52,100 bases of DNA from an uncultured Candidatus Saccharibacteria bacterium (lineage in GTDB: Bacteria; Patescibacteriota; Saccharimonadia; Saccharimonadales; 2-12-FULL-41-12). Each line of letters opens with the position of its first letter. The first letter of the stretch is position 1. Both the position numbers and the translations under genes were made by a program. Positions 24,379 to 33,134 of this stretch are shown here, in pieces. The stretch covers positions 1 through 52,100 of the forward strand of contig CAZYMH010000002.1 in the NCBI GenBank assembly GCA_964648105.1. The letters run 5' to 3'. The notes under the pieces were generated by a model. That model searched no databases. It was not told the origin of the DNA and was given only the letters and a program-made list of their open reading frames with translations.

Positions 24379-24948
24379 ATGGGTGAGCAACTTAGATACA
24401 ATTACGAAAATGAAAAAAATGATTTCGACCAAGAAAAAAGTAATGAAAAATTACGATCTATTCACGAAGCAGCTGCCAATAAACGCGAGATAAAAGATAA
24501 ACAAGAAAAACTAAATGAGCTTCACGAAAAAATTGAACGTAAAGCCAAAGAGTCAAAAGAGTTAAAGCAAGAAATTGAAAACAAGCACACTAATCCCAAT
24601 CGGGACTCAAATAAATCATGGCACCAATCGCCTCCTAGTGCCTCAAGGACCCTACACATGGCTCAAAGGCAGCTTAAGCCAACTTCAAGAGCATTTAGTA
24701 AATTTATTCATAACCCTACAGTCGAAACCGTAAGTGACGTTACAGGCGGAACTATTGCTCGTCCTTATGGGTTACTTTGGGCAGGAATACTCGCATTCTT
24801 TGTTCCTCTAACAGTGCTTATGATATGTAAACATTATGGATACACATACAATGCATTCATTGCTATTGCCTCGTTTAGCGGTGGATTTATTCTCGGCTTA
24901 CTAATCGAAGCTTCAATTAAGGCTTTGGCTACAAAAAAACTAAGCTAA
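24379..24948 (+). CDS. Hypothetical protein with a charged coiled-coil N-terminus and two C-terminal TM helices
   Basis: The start lies 2 nt after the upstream stop. The N-terminal half is K/E-rich, followed by LLWAGILAFFVPLTVLMI and AFIAIASFSGGFILGLLI. Confidence 0.55.
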   Translation: MGEQLRYNYENEKNDFDQEKSNEKLRSIHEAAANKREIKDKQEKLNELHEKIERKAKESKELKQEIENKHTNPNRDSNKSWHQSPPSASRTLHMAQRQLKPTSRAFSKFIHNPTVETVSDVTGGTIARPYGLLWAGILAFFVPLTVLMICKHYGYTYNAFIAIASFSGGFILGLLIEASIKALATKKLS

Positions 24949-24949
24949 G

Positions 24950-27913
24950 CTACTTTCTTTTCCTAATATGTAATACACCTTCTGTTTCATTTAAATTATT
25001 GCTTGATGCTTGATTATTATTTTTGATGCTAGATGAATTTGGCTGATGTGGAGAATTTGTACTGTTATTAAACCGACTTTTATCAGGTTTTGATGAATCA
25101 TTAAAAGAAGGATAATTTTGGTTATGGTGAGGTCTAGATGACTGGTTAGCTGTAGCCTGTTGAGCATGTTTAGCCTTATAGCTTGCCAAAAAATCATTTT
25201 GTTCAAGCATTGACTGAGGATTATGAGTATTTTGATAATTTTGTGTACTAGTATGATTACTCGGATAACTTGTACTCGTTGAATTTGATGCAGTTTGACT
25301 GCCTTGAGCAGGACTAGTATTTTGAGTGCTTGCTTGACCCTGACGTTTTGACATCCACTGATCTAAGAATGAGCCATTATTTGGTTTGGTCCGATTTGTA
25401 TTCTGTGTATCACTCAATAAACCAGGGCCAGATTTTGCTTTAGTTGCCGCATTAACATCGCTAACTGTCATTCTTTCAAAAATCTCTTTCTCTACAATTT
25501 GCCTTGGTCGACCAAATTTGGCCGCCGACAACTGTTTAAGTGCCTCGCCTAGCTCTTTGTTTGGGCTACCCAAAGGTGGAGCAGTTGCCATACTAAATGG
25601 CTGTGTAGGCACACCACCAATCAGTGTCCGAATAATTGTATTGAAGTTTGGCACTCTTAGTAAGTCATCACCATCAAATAAAGGTTGGAAATATTGGCTT
25701 AAAGCTTGGATATCATTTTGTCCTATCCTAAAGCTCACAGTCGTACCTACATTACCAAATACAGCATCGCGTATTTCTTCGGTTAGCTGAGTAGTAAATT
25801 GGTTAGCAACGATTAAGTTTAAGTGGTATTTACGGGCCTCTGACATAATTGTCGCAAATGAATCAGTCGAAAAGTTCTGAAACTCATCGACATACAGACA
25901 AAAATCAACACGTTCGTCTTCAGGTATACTGGCTCGACTCATAGCTGCCGCCTGAAACTTCATGACAAATATCATGCCAAGAAGTTTAGAATTAAGTTCA
26001 CCAGTACGACCCTTACTTAGGTTAACTATTAGAATTTTCTTATTATCCATTATGTCTCTAAGGTTAAATGAACTCTCAATCTGACCAATAATATTGCGCA
26101 TCATTGAGTTACTCATAAATGCACCGAATTTACTGACAAACCAACTAACTACTTCACCACCATCATTCGACCGCATGGAGTTTGGGAACTCTTTTAGCCA
26201 AAAATCTAGCACATTTTTATCTGTTACATGCTCGAGCTTTTTATTCAAAAAGTCTTTATCAACAAATAATTTTGGAATATCAATAAATGAGCCGCCATTA
26301 GGATCGGACATTATCGCGAGTGCAGCATTTCGAAAAATATGATGATATCTAGGCCCGACTATACCTTGATTATTCGGGTCATACAGTTTCTCAAGCATAT
26401 TGATCATTTCTTGAACCACGAAGTCCCGCTGATCTTCATTATCAGCTTCAAAAACATTAAGTCCTAACGGATAGTCTGTGTCAGACGGACAAAAATATAT
26501 AACATCTTCGGTTCTCTCTTTTGGTGCCATAGATAATAGTTTTTCGGCAGTGTCCCCGTGAGGATCAATAAATGCAAAGCCATTACCCATTAACATATCT
26601 TGTAAGGCTAAATTTTCTAAGAATGTCGATTTACCAGTACCAGTTTGTCCAACTACATACATATGCCGTTGGCGATCACCAAGAGCCAATCTTATCGGCT
26701 TTTTTATACCCCTAAACAGGTTGTAGCCTAGCAAAAGTCCATGTTCAGGAACATTTCGCGGTCCATCAACTTGTTTAGAATCTTGACGAGTTAGTTGCGA
26801 AGTCGGTATATCGTCTTGCTGCGGAAAATGAAACAGAGTCGCTAATTCTACCGAATTAAGAATATTTTTATTATGACTTTGAGGAAAAGTTCTTAGAATA
26901 AAAGATGTGACAAAGTGTCCTATGTCAGACGCTGAGTTCCACTTAAAGCCATTTTTTCCTGGTAAATCGAATAACGAAAAGCTGGCTACGACATTACTTA
27001 ATATGTCTTGAGATCTCTGATAAATGTTCGACGATGCCAAAATCTTAATTGATGTTTCGAAGCCCGGATGTTTGGTTTTCTCATCTATAGAGTCCAAAAT
27101 CTGTTGTTCATGTGACGACAGTTTACTACCAGGTGGACCACCATCTTTGTCGGACTGATCTTCTGGTGGCTTAACTAATGCACCAACTAATTGCCTTACC
27201 CACCAAAAACCCACTCCAGCTTTTCCACTATAATCTTTTTCTCCCTTTCGTTTGCTCGTCGCTATGCTACTTGCTTGCTTAGCCCAGCCTGATTGAGCAG
27301 GACGAACCATAATCTGAATTGCTAACCCATCTTGTTTATCTAGAGCAGACATGGCATTCAATACTGACTGCATTGGGTCGCGTTTAATATCTCGATAAGT
27401 TGCTATTGGGTAAGCAAATTTCTTCTTAAGTGTTAGTTCGCCTCCCACAGTTGCATTAATGCCGCCTGTTTTATTGAAAATATTGTAATCAGCTACTTCT
27501 TCTAGCCTAGCAGATGGGTAGGCACTAACTACTGCTTGTTTGACTACTTCAATCAATGTCAACGGAACCGATGCATACAAATTCACAAAGCCATGTTGAC
27601 AAACGATCTCGAAACTCACATGTTTTTGGCCATAAAAAGAGCTTTTAAAGCCGCTTTGCAATGTTGAGGCGATAATATTATAAATAAACTCTGCTTTAGA
27701 GATATTTTCATCAGTGACGTCTCTAATATCCCTCGAGCCTACATCTGTATCCTCGCTTGGTGGAGGCAGGTGTATGAGCAGTGTAACCATCTTAAGACCA
27801 CGTTCATAGTTCTTCTGGTCACGAAGTGTTTTACGTGCTTGCAAAAAAATTACTGGAGCAACTATAACTCCCACCAATAAAAATGCACCGATTATTATAA
27901 GCAGAGCAGCCAC
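24950..27913 (-). CDS. Membrane-anchored P-loop NTPase of the TraD/VirD4/VirB4-like (type IV secretion / DNA translocation) superfamily with a Q/N/S-rich tail (987 aa)
   Basis: N-terminal TM, Walker A VVGQTGTGKST followed by FIDPHGD, and Walker B-like CLYVDEFQNF. The last ~190 aa are low-complexity Q/N/S/T. Confidence 0.55.
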   Translation of the reverse strand: MAALLIIIGAFLLVGVIVAPVIFLQARKTLRDQKNYERGLKMVTLLIHLPPPSEDTDVGSRDIRDVTDENISKAEFIYNIIASTLQSGFKSSFYGQKHVSFEIVCQHGFVNLYASVPLTLIEVVKQAVVSAYPSARLEEVADYNIFNKTGGINATVGGELTLKKKFAYPIATYRDIKRDPMQSVLNAMSALDKQDGLAIQIMVRPAQSGWAKQASSIATSKRKGEKDYSGKAGVGFWWVRQLVGALVKPPEDQSDKDGGPPGSKLSSHEQQILDSIDEKTKHPGFETSIKILASSNIYQRSQDILSNVVASFSLFDLPGKNGFKWNSASDIGHFVTSFILRTFPQSHNKNILNSVELATLFHFPQQDDIPTSQLTRQDSKQVDGPRNVPEHGLLLGYNLFRGIKKPIRLALGDRQRHMYVVGQTGTGKSTFLENLALQDMLMGNGFAFIDPHGDTAEKLLSMAPKERTEDVIYFCPSDTDYPLGLNVFEADNEDQRDFVVQEMINMLEKLYDPNNQGIVGPRYHHIFRNAALAIMSDPNGGSFIDIPKLFVDKDFLNKKLEHVTDKNVLDFWLKEFPNSMRSNDGGEVVSWFVSKFGAFMSNSMMRNIIGQIESSFNLRDIMDNKKILIVNLSKGRTGELNSKLLGMIFVMKFQAAAMSRASIPEDERVDFCLYVDEFQNFSTDSFATIMSEARKYHLNLIVANQFTTQLTEEIRDAVFGNVGTTVSFRIGQNDIQALSQYFQPLFDGDDLLRVPNFNTIIRTLIGGVPTQPFSMATAPPLGSPNKELGEALKQLSAAKFGRPRQIVEKEIFERMTVSDVNAATKAKSGPGLLSDTQNTNRTKPNNGSFLDQWMSKRQGQASTQNTSPAQGSQTASNSTSTSYPSNHTSTQNYQNTHNPQSMLEQNDFLASYKAKHAQQATANQSSRPHHNQNYPSFNDSSKPDKSRFNNSTNSPHQPNSSSIKNNNQASSNNLNETEGVLHIRKRK

Positions 27914-28234
27914 CTATCGATCCTCTGCTAGCCTTATTGTTTTTCCATATCGTTTTTGTAAGTACTGTGCTTTAATCTTGCTAATTTCTTTCTGCTGAGT
28001 GTACGGACTGTCTTGAGTGGTGTTTACAACATTTTGAACTAAACTAACCCATTCTTTCTCGATTACATCTGCATCATTGGCATTCAGTTGTTCAGGTGTT
28101 AAATTAATTGTGTCATTTGGACGTGATTGCTTAAGTGATTGATCTGATGAACTATCAATAGTCCGATCCCCACCACTGATCGTGGACTTATTATCACCTT
28201 GTGGATCTATAATGTCTGGTATGTCTCCATTCAT
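27914..28234 (-). CDS. Hypothetical small acidic protein (106 aa)
   Basis: ORF whose stop directly abuts the start of the ATPase gene, suggesting translational coupling. No family recognised. Confidence 0.45.
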   Translation of the reverse strand: MNGDIPDIIDPQGDNKSTISGGDRTIDSSSDQSLKQSRPNDTINLTPEQLNANDADVIEKEWVSLVQNVVNTTQDSPYTQQKEISKIKAQYLQKRYGKTIRLAEDR

Positions 28235-28305
28235 AAAATTTATGCCCTTACTTATCCTATTTACAATATATTATAACAGATAAGAAATAATCTTAATATA
28301 TAAAC

Positions 28306-28635
28306 TTAGATTTTACTGCTATAAAAATATGCTACGACCAAAATCAGCAAAATAAGCGTTGTATCACTCCATGAAACTCCGCCTGACGACTGAAAAAGCA
28401 AAAATAATGCCGACACTGCCCCGAGTAACACTGCTACTACTTTAACTCTTCGAGAGCCTAGTAATTGTTTGTTCCAAAGGCCACAAATAATAATAACTAA
28501 CAAGTATATAAGCAAAAAAATTAAAATAATTGGAAATATCAAAATACCGATGGGCAAATTATCTGGGCTTGCAAATGTTAAAAAGCCAGCTAATGCTAGC
28601 AACGCGATGACGAAAGTAATTAAGTATCTTCTCAT
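28306..28635 (-). CDS. Hypothetical small integral membrane protein (109 aa, about 3-4 TM)
   Basis: Almost entirely hydrophobic segments. It is the first gene of the minus-strand cluster. Confidence 0.5.
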   Translation of the reverse strand: MRRYLITFVIALLALAGFLTFASPDNLPIGILIFPIILIFLLIYLLVIIICGLWNKQLLGSRRVKVVAVLLGAVSALFLLFQSSGGVSWSDTTLILLILVVAYFYSSKI

Positions 28636-29811
28636 TTAATAAACTGTAGGTTTTGTATTTTTATAATAATACATTAAGCATAAAATTAAATAATGTCGCT
28701 TATTAATAAACGACATTATTTATACGAAATATTTTTGGAGAGGATAATAAAACTGCTCTTTTATTTAAACTATTTAGCACTTACTATCCTAAGCTCCTGA
28801 CTGACCGCTCATTATTGCTTTAGGCAATTTTGAGCGTAATTTTTTTAAATGTATTTTTGTTTTAACATTTATGAATTTATACTACTACGGATTAAATAAT
28901 AAGTCAATAGTCATTGTAGTTATAGATACAACTATAAGGTGTTAATTGTTAAATTCTATAGTTGTAAAATTGACTACTATAGTTTTTTTTGATTATACTT
29001 GTTGAGTTATTTACAGCATAATAATATTAGTTCAACCTCGTATCCTAACCTAGTTTAATCGATGATCACTTTTTTAAAATCAAGTTTATCTTTTGGCTGT
29101 TATTTGAAAAATATTTTGTGACTTTTATTAATTTTTCTTGTTTTATATTTAATATAAATCTCAAGATTTTTGGATGGAAATTTGTGTAATATTTGTTTCA
29201 CAAATTATCGAAAACTTATTATTTATCAAAATTTACCTATCAATATATATTAATAATTTTAATGTTTTTTTAATTAAATATTCTTTTACATAAAAATAAT
29301 TTTTATAATATTTGTGTGTTTTTTCAATTTAGTAGCTTAAGCATTAGCTAGTTTGACATATAACATTTTATATTAAAATAGATTAAACGATGATATTTTT
29401 TTATTTATTAATCAAAATCAAATTAATTTATTCACACTATTCATAAAATACTCACTTGCCTATTTTTTGCATTATTTAATAAATTCGATCAAAAATCTAT
29501 AATAAATTATTTAAAAAAATTTATTGAATGATCAAATTGCTTTCTTAAATAATTTATAAAAACTTGTAATTATTATTTAGTGAAATATCTTAAAATGTAG
29601 TTGAATTTGATGTTCAACAATTATGTAAAGATTTTTATATGTAATTAGTCATGGTTTATTAAAACAAAACAATTAAGAAATTATATTAAACTTGATTTTA
29701 AATTTTATAGTTTATAACAATTCAAGTAGTTGGATTTTATTATTATGTTAACGAAATTTTTTAAGTACAAAAAAGCTGTGGATAATATATAATATTTTTA
29801 TTCAAAAGTCG

Positions 29812-29840
29812 TTGACATAAGCAATATATACATATATATT
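29812..29840 (+). promoter_or_regulatory. Predicted promoter of the candidate small RNA
   Basis: TTGACA (29812-29817), a 17-nt spacer, then TATATT (29835-29840). Confidence 0.4.
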
Positions 29841-29846
29841 TAAGTC

Positions 29847-30008
29847 AGTACTTTGAATAAAAAAAGTACTCAAAAACAAAAACGTATCTGTTACAACGGC
29901 TTCTCGCAAGCCGTTGTTCCATAGAAAAAGGAACAACAAATACTACACTTAAAAAATTAAAATCAAAACCGTAATAGAAAAACCTCTGAAAAAATCAGAG
30001 GTTTTTTT
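29847..30008 (+). ncRNA. Candidate ~160-nt small RNA or attenuator-type leader upstream of comM
   Basis: A promoter-like element lies upstream. Hairpin agtacttt/aaagtact; a 10-bp hairpin at 29893-29917; an overlapping alternative hairpin at 29913-29937; and an intrinsic terminator at 29982-30008. No ORF is present. Confidence 0.35.
29978..30008 (+). terminator. Rho-independent terminator
   Basis: acctctga (29982-29989), loop aaaaa, tcagaggt (29995-30002), then a T6 run. Confidence 0.7.
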
Positions 30009-30053
30009 ATTGCTATTTTATTGAATATGTCTGTATAATCTTACCCATAAATT

Positions 30054-31562
30054 ATGTCCGAGGTTAAATCGATACTTGATGACTTTTCTGGTGGATTGAT
30101 TATTGATATTGAGTGCAATTTATCTAATTCTCTACCCAACATTATAATAGTAGGATTTGCTAGTAAGTCAGTAGATGAAGCAAAAGAAAGAATTCGTGGC
30201 GGACTGAGTGCCAGCAAAATTAAGTTACCACCGAAAAGAATAACTATTAACCTTGCCCCAGGGGATATACCTAAAGAAGGCTCTTATTTCGATCTACCAA
30301 TTTTACTAGCTATTTTACATGAAGCTAAGATAATTACAGATACAAATCGCAAAAATACTGTTGTAGTTGGAGAAATAAGTCTTGATGGTACTATTAGGCC
30401 AGTTAGAGGTGTTATTGGCAAAATTTTATCAGGTAAGAAACTTGGTATAGAAGAGTTTTGGATACCAGAAGATAACTTAAAGCAAGCAATGCTTATTCCT
30501 GATATTAAGATTTTACCTATAAAAAATATCAAGCAAATAATTAATATTATTAACACGAATACAATTGATGAGCATATAATTACCTCTAAACCTCAGGTTC
30601 AAAATTTAGTTTCTCTTCCTCATAAACTTACTATTGATGACGTGATTGATCAAAAAGCTGCTAAAAGAGCCTTAGAAATAGCTGCTTCTGGACATCACAA
30701 CATCTTACTATCAGGACCTCCAGGAACTGGAAAAAGTATGTTGGCTAAGGCACTAATTAGTATCATGCCGCCATTATCACAAGACGAGATGTTAGAAGTT
30801 ACTCATATACATAGTTTGTCTAGCAAGAATTACGATAAGATTTTAACTAATCGGCCATTTCGCTCACCCCACCATACTTCGAGTTCAACAGCCATAATCG
30901 GTGGTGGCACCAGCCCAAGACCTGGCGAGATAAGCTTGAGTCACAACGGCGTATTGTTATTTGATGAATTTCCAGAGTTTAACCGATCTGTTATCGAAGC
31001 CCTACGACAACCGATTGAAGACCAGGTAATCACTATTTCAAGAGCCAAAGAAACCATCACCTACCCTGCTCATTTCATACTAGTCGCGACTTCTAACCCA
31101 TGCCCATGTGGGTACTTCGGCAGCAATAAGGAGTGTATTTGTACTCCTACACAGATCCTAAATTACCAAAAGAAAATTTCAGGGCCAATTTTAGATCGTA
31201 TAGATTTGTTTGTAGATGTTGATGAAGTAAATTATCGAAAAATTATTAGTAACTCTAATCAAGAAAGTAACTTAGCCAAGACAATATCAAATGTCGATCA
31301 AGCCCGAAAAATTCAAAAATTACGATCTGGCAAGCTAAACAGCCAGCTATCTAATCGAGACCTAAAAAAACACGCCAAACTCACCAACGAAGCAAAAGAA
31401 ATACTAGATAATGCCGCTCTTAAACTTCAGCTTTCGGCTAGAGGTTATATAAGAGCAATTCGAATAGCCAGAACGATTGCGGATCTAGATAAAAGTCAGA
31501 ATATAGAAACTAATCATATTACTGAAGCTTTACAGTACCGGAAGCGTCAATCTGCCATCTAA
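30054..31562 (+). CDS. comM: YifB/ComM family Mg-chelatase-like AAA+ protein
   Basis: Lon-protease-like N-terminal domain, Walker A SGPPGTGKSM, Walker B LLFDEFPEF, a CPCGYFGS...C.C zinc motif, and a C-terminal helical domain. Confidence 0.9.
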   Translation: MSEVKSILDDFSGGLIIDIECNLSNSLPNIIIVGFASKSVDEAKERIRGGLSASKIKLPPKRITINLAPGDIPKEGSYFDLPILLAILHEAKIITDTNRKNTVVVGEISLDGTIRPVRGVIGKILSGKKLGIEEFWIPEDNLKQAMLIPDIKILPIKNIKQIINIINTNTIDEHIITSKPQVQNLVSLPHKLTIDDVIDQKAAKRALEIAASGHHNILLSGPPGTGKSMLAKALISIMPPLSQDEMLEVTHIHSLSSKNYDKILTNRPFRSPHHTSSSTAIIGGGTSPRPGEISLSHNGVLLFDEFPEFNRSVIEALRQPIEDQVITISRAKETITYPAHFILVATSNPCPCGYFGSNKECICTPTQILNYQKKISGPILDRIDLFVDVDEVNYRKIISNSNQESNLAKTISNVDQARKIQKLRSGKLNSQLSNRDLKKHAKLTNEAKEILDNAALKLQLSARGYIRAIRIARTIADLDKSQNIETNHITEALQYRKRQSAI

Positions 31563-31575
31563 AACTCAAAAAGAA

Positions 31576-31604
31576 TTGACCTCTGTTGATCAATCTGTTA
31601 AAAT
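31576..31604 (+). promoter_or_regulatory. Predicted infC operon promoter
   Basis: TTGACC (31576-31581), a 17-nt spacer, then TAAAAT (31599-31604). Confidence 0.5.
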
Positions 31605-31645
31605 TATATTAATCTGTCTGCATAAAAGATTAAGGAGATTAAAAG

Positions 31646-32176
31646 ATTAGTAGCACAAATCGCTTGAATCATGCTATTCGAGCCAGTAGTCTGCGAGTTA
31701 TCGATGAAGAAGGCAACCAAATTGGAGTTATGTCCAAAGAAGAAGCTATTCATCTCGCTCAAAGTAAAGATTTAGATTTAGTAGAGATTTCACCAAACGC
31801 TAGGCCACCTGTGGCGAAGATAGTTGACTGGGGAAAATACAATTACCAAAAAACTAAACAACTGCAAAAATCCAAGAAAAACTCCAAAACTTTTGAGGTA
31901 AAACAGATGAGATTTAGCTTAAAAATTGGTGACCATGACCTAGGAATTAAACTTAATAAAGTTACAAAATTTTTAGATCAAGGCCATAAAGTAAAAATCG
32001 TCATTTTTTATCGAGGTCGCGAGCTAGCCCACAAAGACATCGGGTTTAGCTTAGCCGACAAAGTTATCGACATGCTCGGCGAATCAGTCGTAGTCGATCA
32101 ACCACCTCAACTAGCAGGCAAACAACTAATATTCGTAGTAAGGAGCAACCAAAATGCCAAAGCAAAAAACTCATAG
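31646..32176 (+). CDS. infC: Translation initiation factor IF-3 (probable ATT start at 31646; the ORF track begins at TTG 31664)
   Basis: IRASSLRVIDEEGNQIGV and KQMRFSLKIGDHDLGIKL are IF-3 hallmarks. An in-frame ATT lies 7 nt after the AAGGAG Shine-Dalgarno (31633-31638), with an in-frame TAA just upstream. Confidence 0.9.
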   Translation: MSSTNRLNHAIRASSLRVIDEEGNQIGVMSKEEAIHLAQSKDLDLVEISPNARPPVAKIVDWGKYNYQKTKQLQKSKKNSKTFEVKQMRFSLKIGDHDLGIKLNKVTKFLDQGHKVKIVIFYRGRELAHKDIGFSLADKVIDMLGESVVVDQPPQLAGKQLIFVVRSNQNAKAKNS

Positions 32177-32351
32177 CGGCACCAAAGACCGTATTCAGAT
32201 TACTAAGACTGGTAAAGTAAAAAAACGTCACACTGCTGTAAATCATTTTTTGAAAAAGAAAAGTGCTTCAACAAAAAGAACTTTTTCTGGCCTAGAAAAT
32301 GTAACTGGTAAGAATATAAAAAACATGAAGCGTAAATTAGGAGTATCATAA
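32154..32351 (+). CDS. rpmI: 50S ribosomal protein L35
   Basis: MPKQKTHSGTKDRIQITKTGKVKKRH, within the conserved infC-rpmI-rplT order. Confidence 0.95.
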   Translation: MPKQKTHSGTKDRIQITKTGKVKKRHTAVNHFLKKKSASTKRTFSGLENVTGKNIKNMKRKLGVS

Positions 32352-32693
32352 ATGAGAGTAAAAAGAGGCGTAACTAGCCGAGCTAGACACAACAAAATTC
32401 GTAAAAGTACCAAAGGTATGACTCGTTCTAACCGCTCAAGTGTTAGACGTGGAAAACAAGCTGTAACTAGAGCTTTAGTAAATGCCACCAGAGATCGTAA
32501 GGATCGTAAACGAACATTTAGAGCATTATGGAATATCCGAATTAATGCTGCCGCTCGCGAACATGGCACAACTTACAGTCGTCTAATCGCTGGCCTTAAA
32601 GCAAAAAAAATTGGTCTAGATAGAAAAGTTTTGGCAGAGCTAGCAATCAATGAACCAAAAGCTTTTGAAGCGATTGTAAAAAGTATTAAATAA
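32352..32693 (+). CDS. rplT: 50S ribosomal protein L20
   Basis: MRVKRGVTSRARHNKIRK...ALWNIRINAAARE. Confidence 0.95.
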   Translation: MRVKRGVTSRARHNKIRKSTKGMTRSNRSSVRRGKQAVTRALVNATRDRKDRKRTFRALWNIRINAAAREHGTTYSRLIAGLKAKKIGLDRKVLAELAINEPKAFEAIVKSIK

Positions 32694-32719
32694 CTTTCAA
32701 AGTTTCTACATAAAATTAA

Positions 32720-32752
32720 ATAAACCCTTGCTTTAAAGCCAGGGTTTATTTA
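32720..32752. terminator. Hairpin flanked by A/T runs; probable bidirectional terminator for rplT and rnpB
   Basis: aaaccct...agggttt stem, with T-rich runs following it on both strands. Confidence 0.5.
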
Positions 32753-32754
32753 GT

Positions 32755-33127
32755 GTCAGATTATCTATAAGCCGGGTTCTGTGCCTCGATTTAAGTAAAT
32801 TTTTACATAATTTAGAGCTTCGATCATCTATCTAGTCTTGCAATTACTCACAAGCTCAAGCGGATTTTATGACCTAACTTCGACGGAGCGTCTTAACGAA
32901 GCTAAATCTCCTTGCAACAGACAGGGTTTACCAATCTCTTATGTCACCATAAGCGATTGTGGGCTTTTACCCCACTCTTTTCACCTGTACCTTCAAGAGG
33001 TAGTCTTGTTTCTGTGGCACTTTCCCTAAGGTTGCCCTTGGTTGCAGTTAACAACTGTCTTCTCCTACGTTGCCCGGACTTTCCTCCTCATTTTTTAATA
33101 AGCGAGGCGATCGAACAATGATCTGAC
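32755..33127 (-). ncRNA. rnpB: RNase P RNA (bacterial type A-like)
   Basis: The reverse complement contains GAGGAAAGTCCGGGC (about 33073-33090) and ACAGAACCCGGCTTAT (about 32767-32785). A P1 stem forms between GTCAGAT (33121-33127) and ATCTGAC (32755-32761). A TATAAT -10 at 33134-33139 sits 7 nt upstream. ORFs 32838-33029 and 32912-33121 are spurious. Confidence 0.9.
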
Positions 33128-33134
33128 TACTCAA

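Noticed and set aside
24946-24952. Convergent stop codons 1 nt apart (24379-24948 plus strand versus 24950-27913 minus strand) considered as a special regulatory overlap
   Set aside because: This is consistent with general genome compaction. No hairpin or other signal was seen, so it is noted only within the cluster finding.
32064-32569. Minus-strand ORFs 32064-32246 and 32243-32569
   Set aside because: They are antisense to the well-supported infC, rpmI and rplT genes.
32838-33121. ORFs 32838-33029 and 32912-33121
   Set aside because: They lie within the RNase P RNA gene on the opposite strand.
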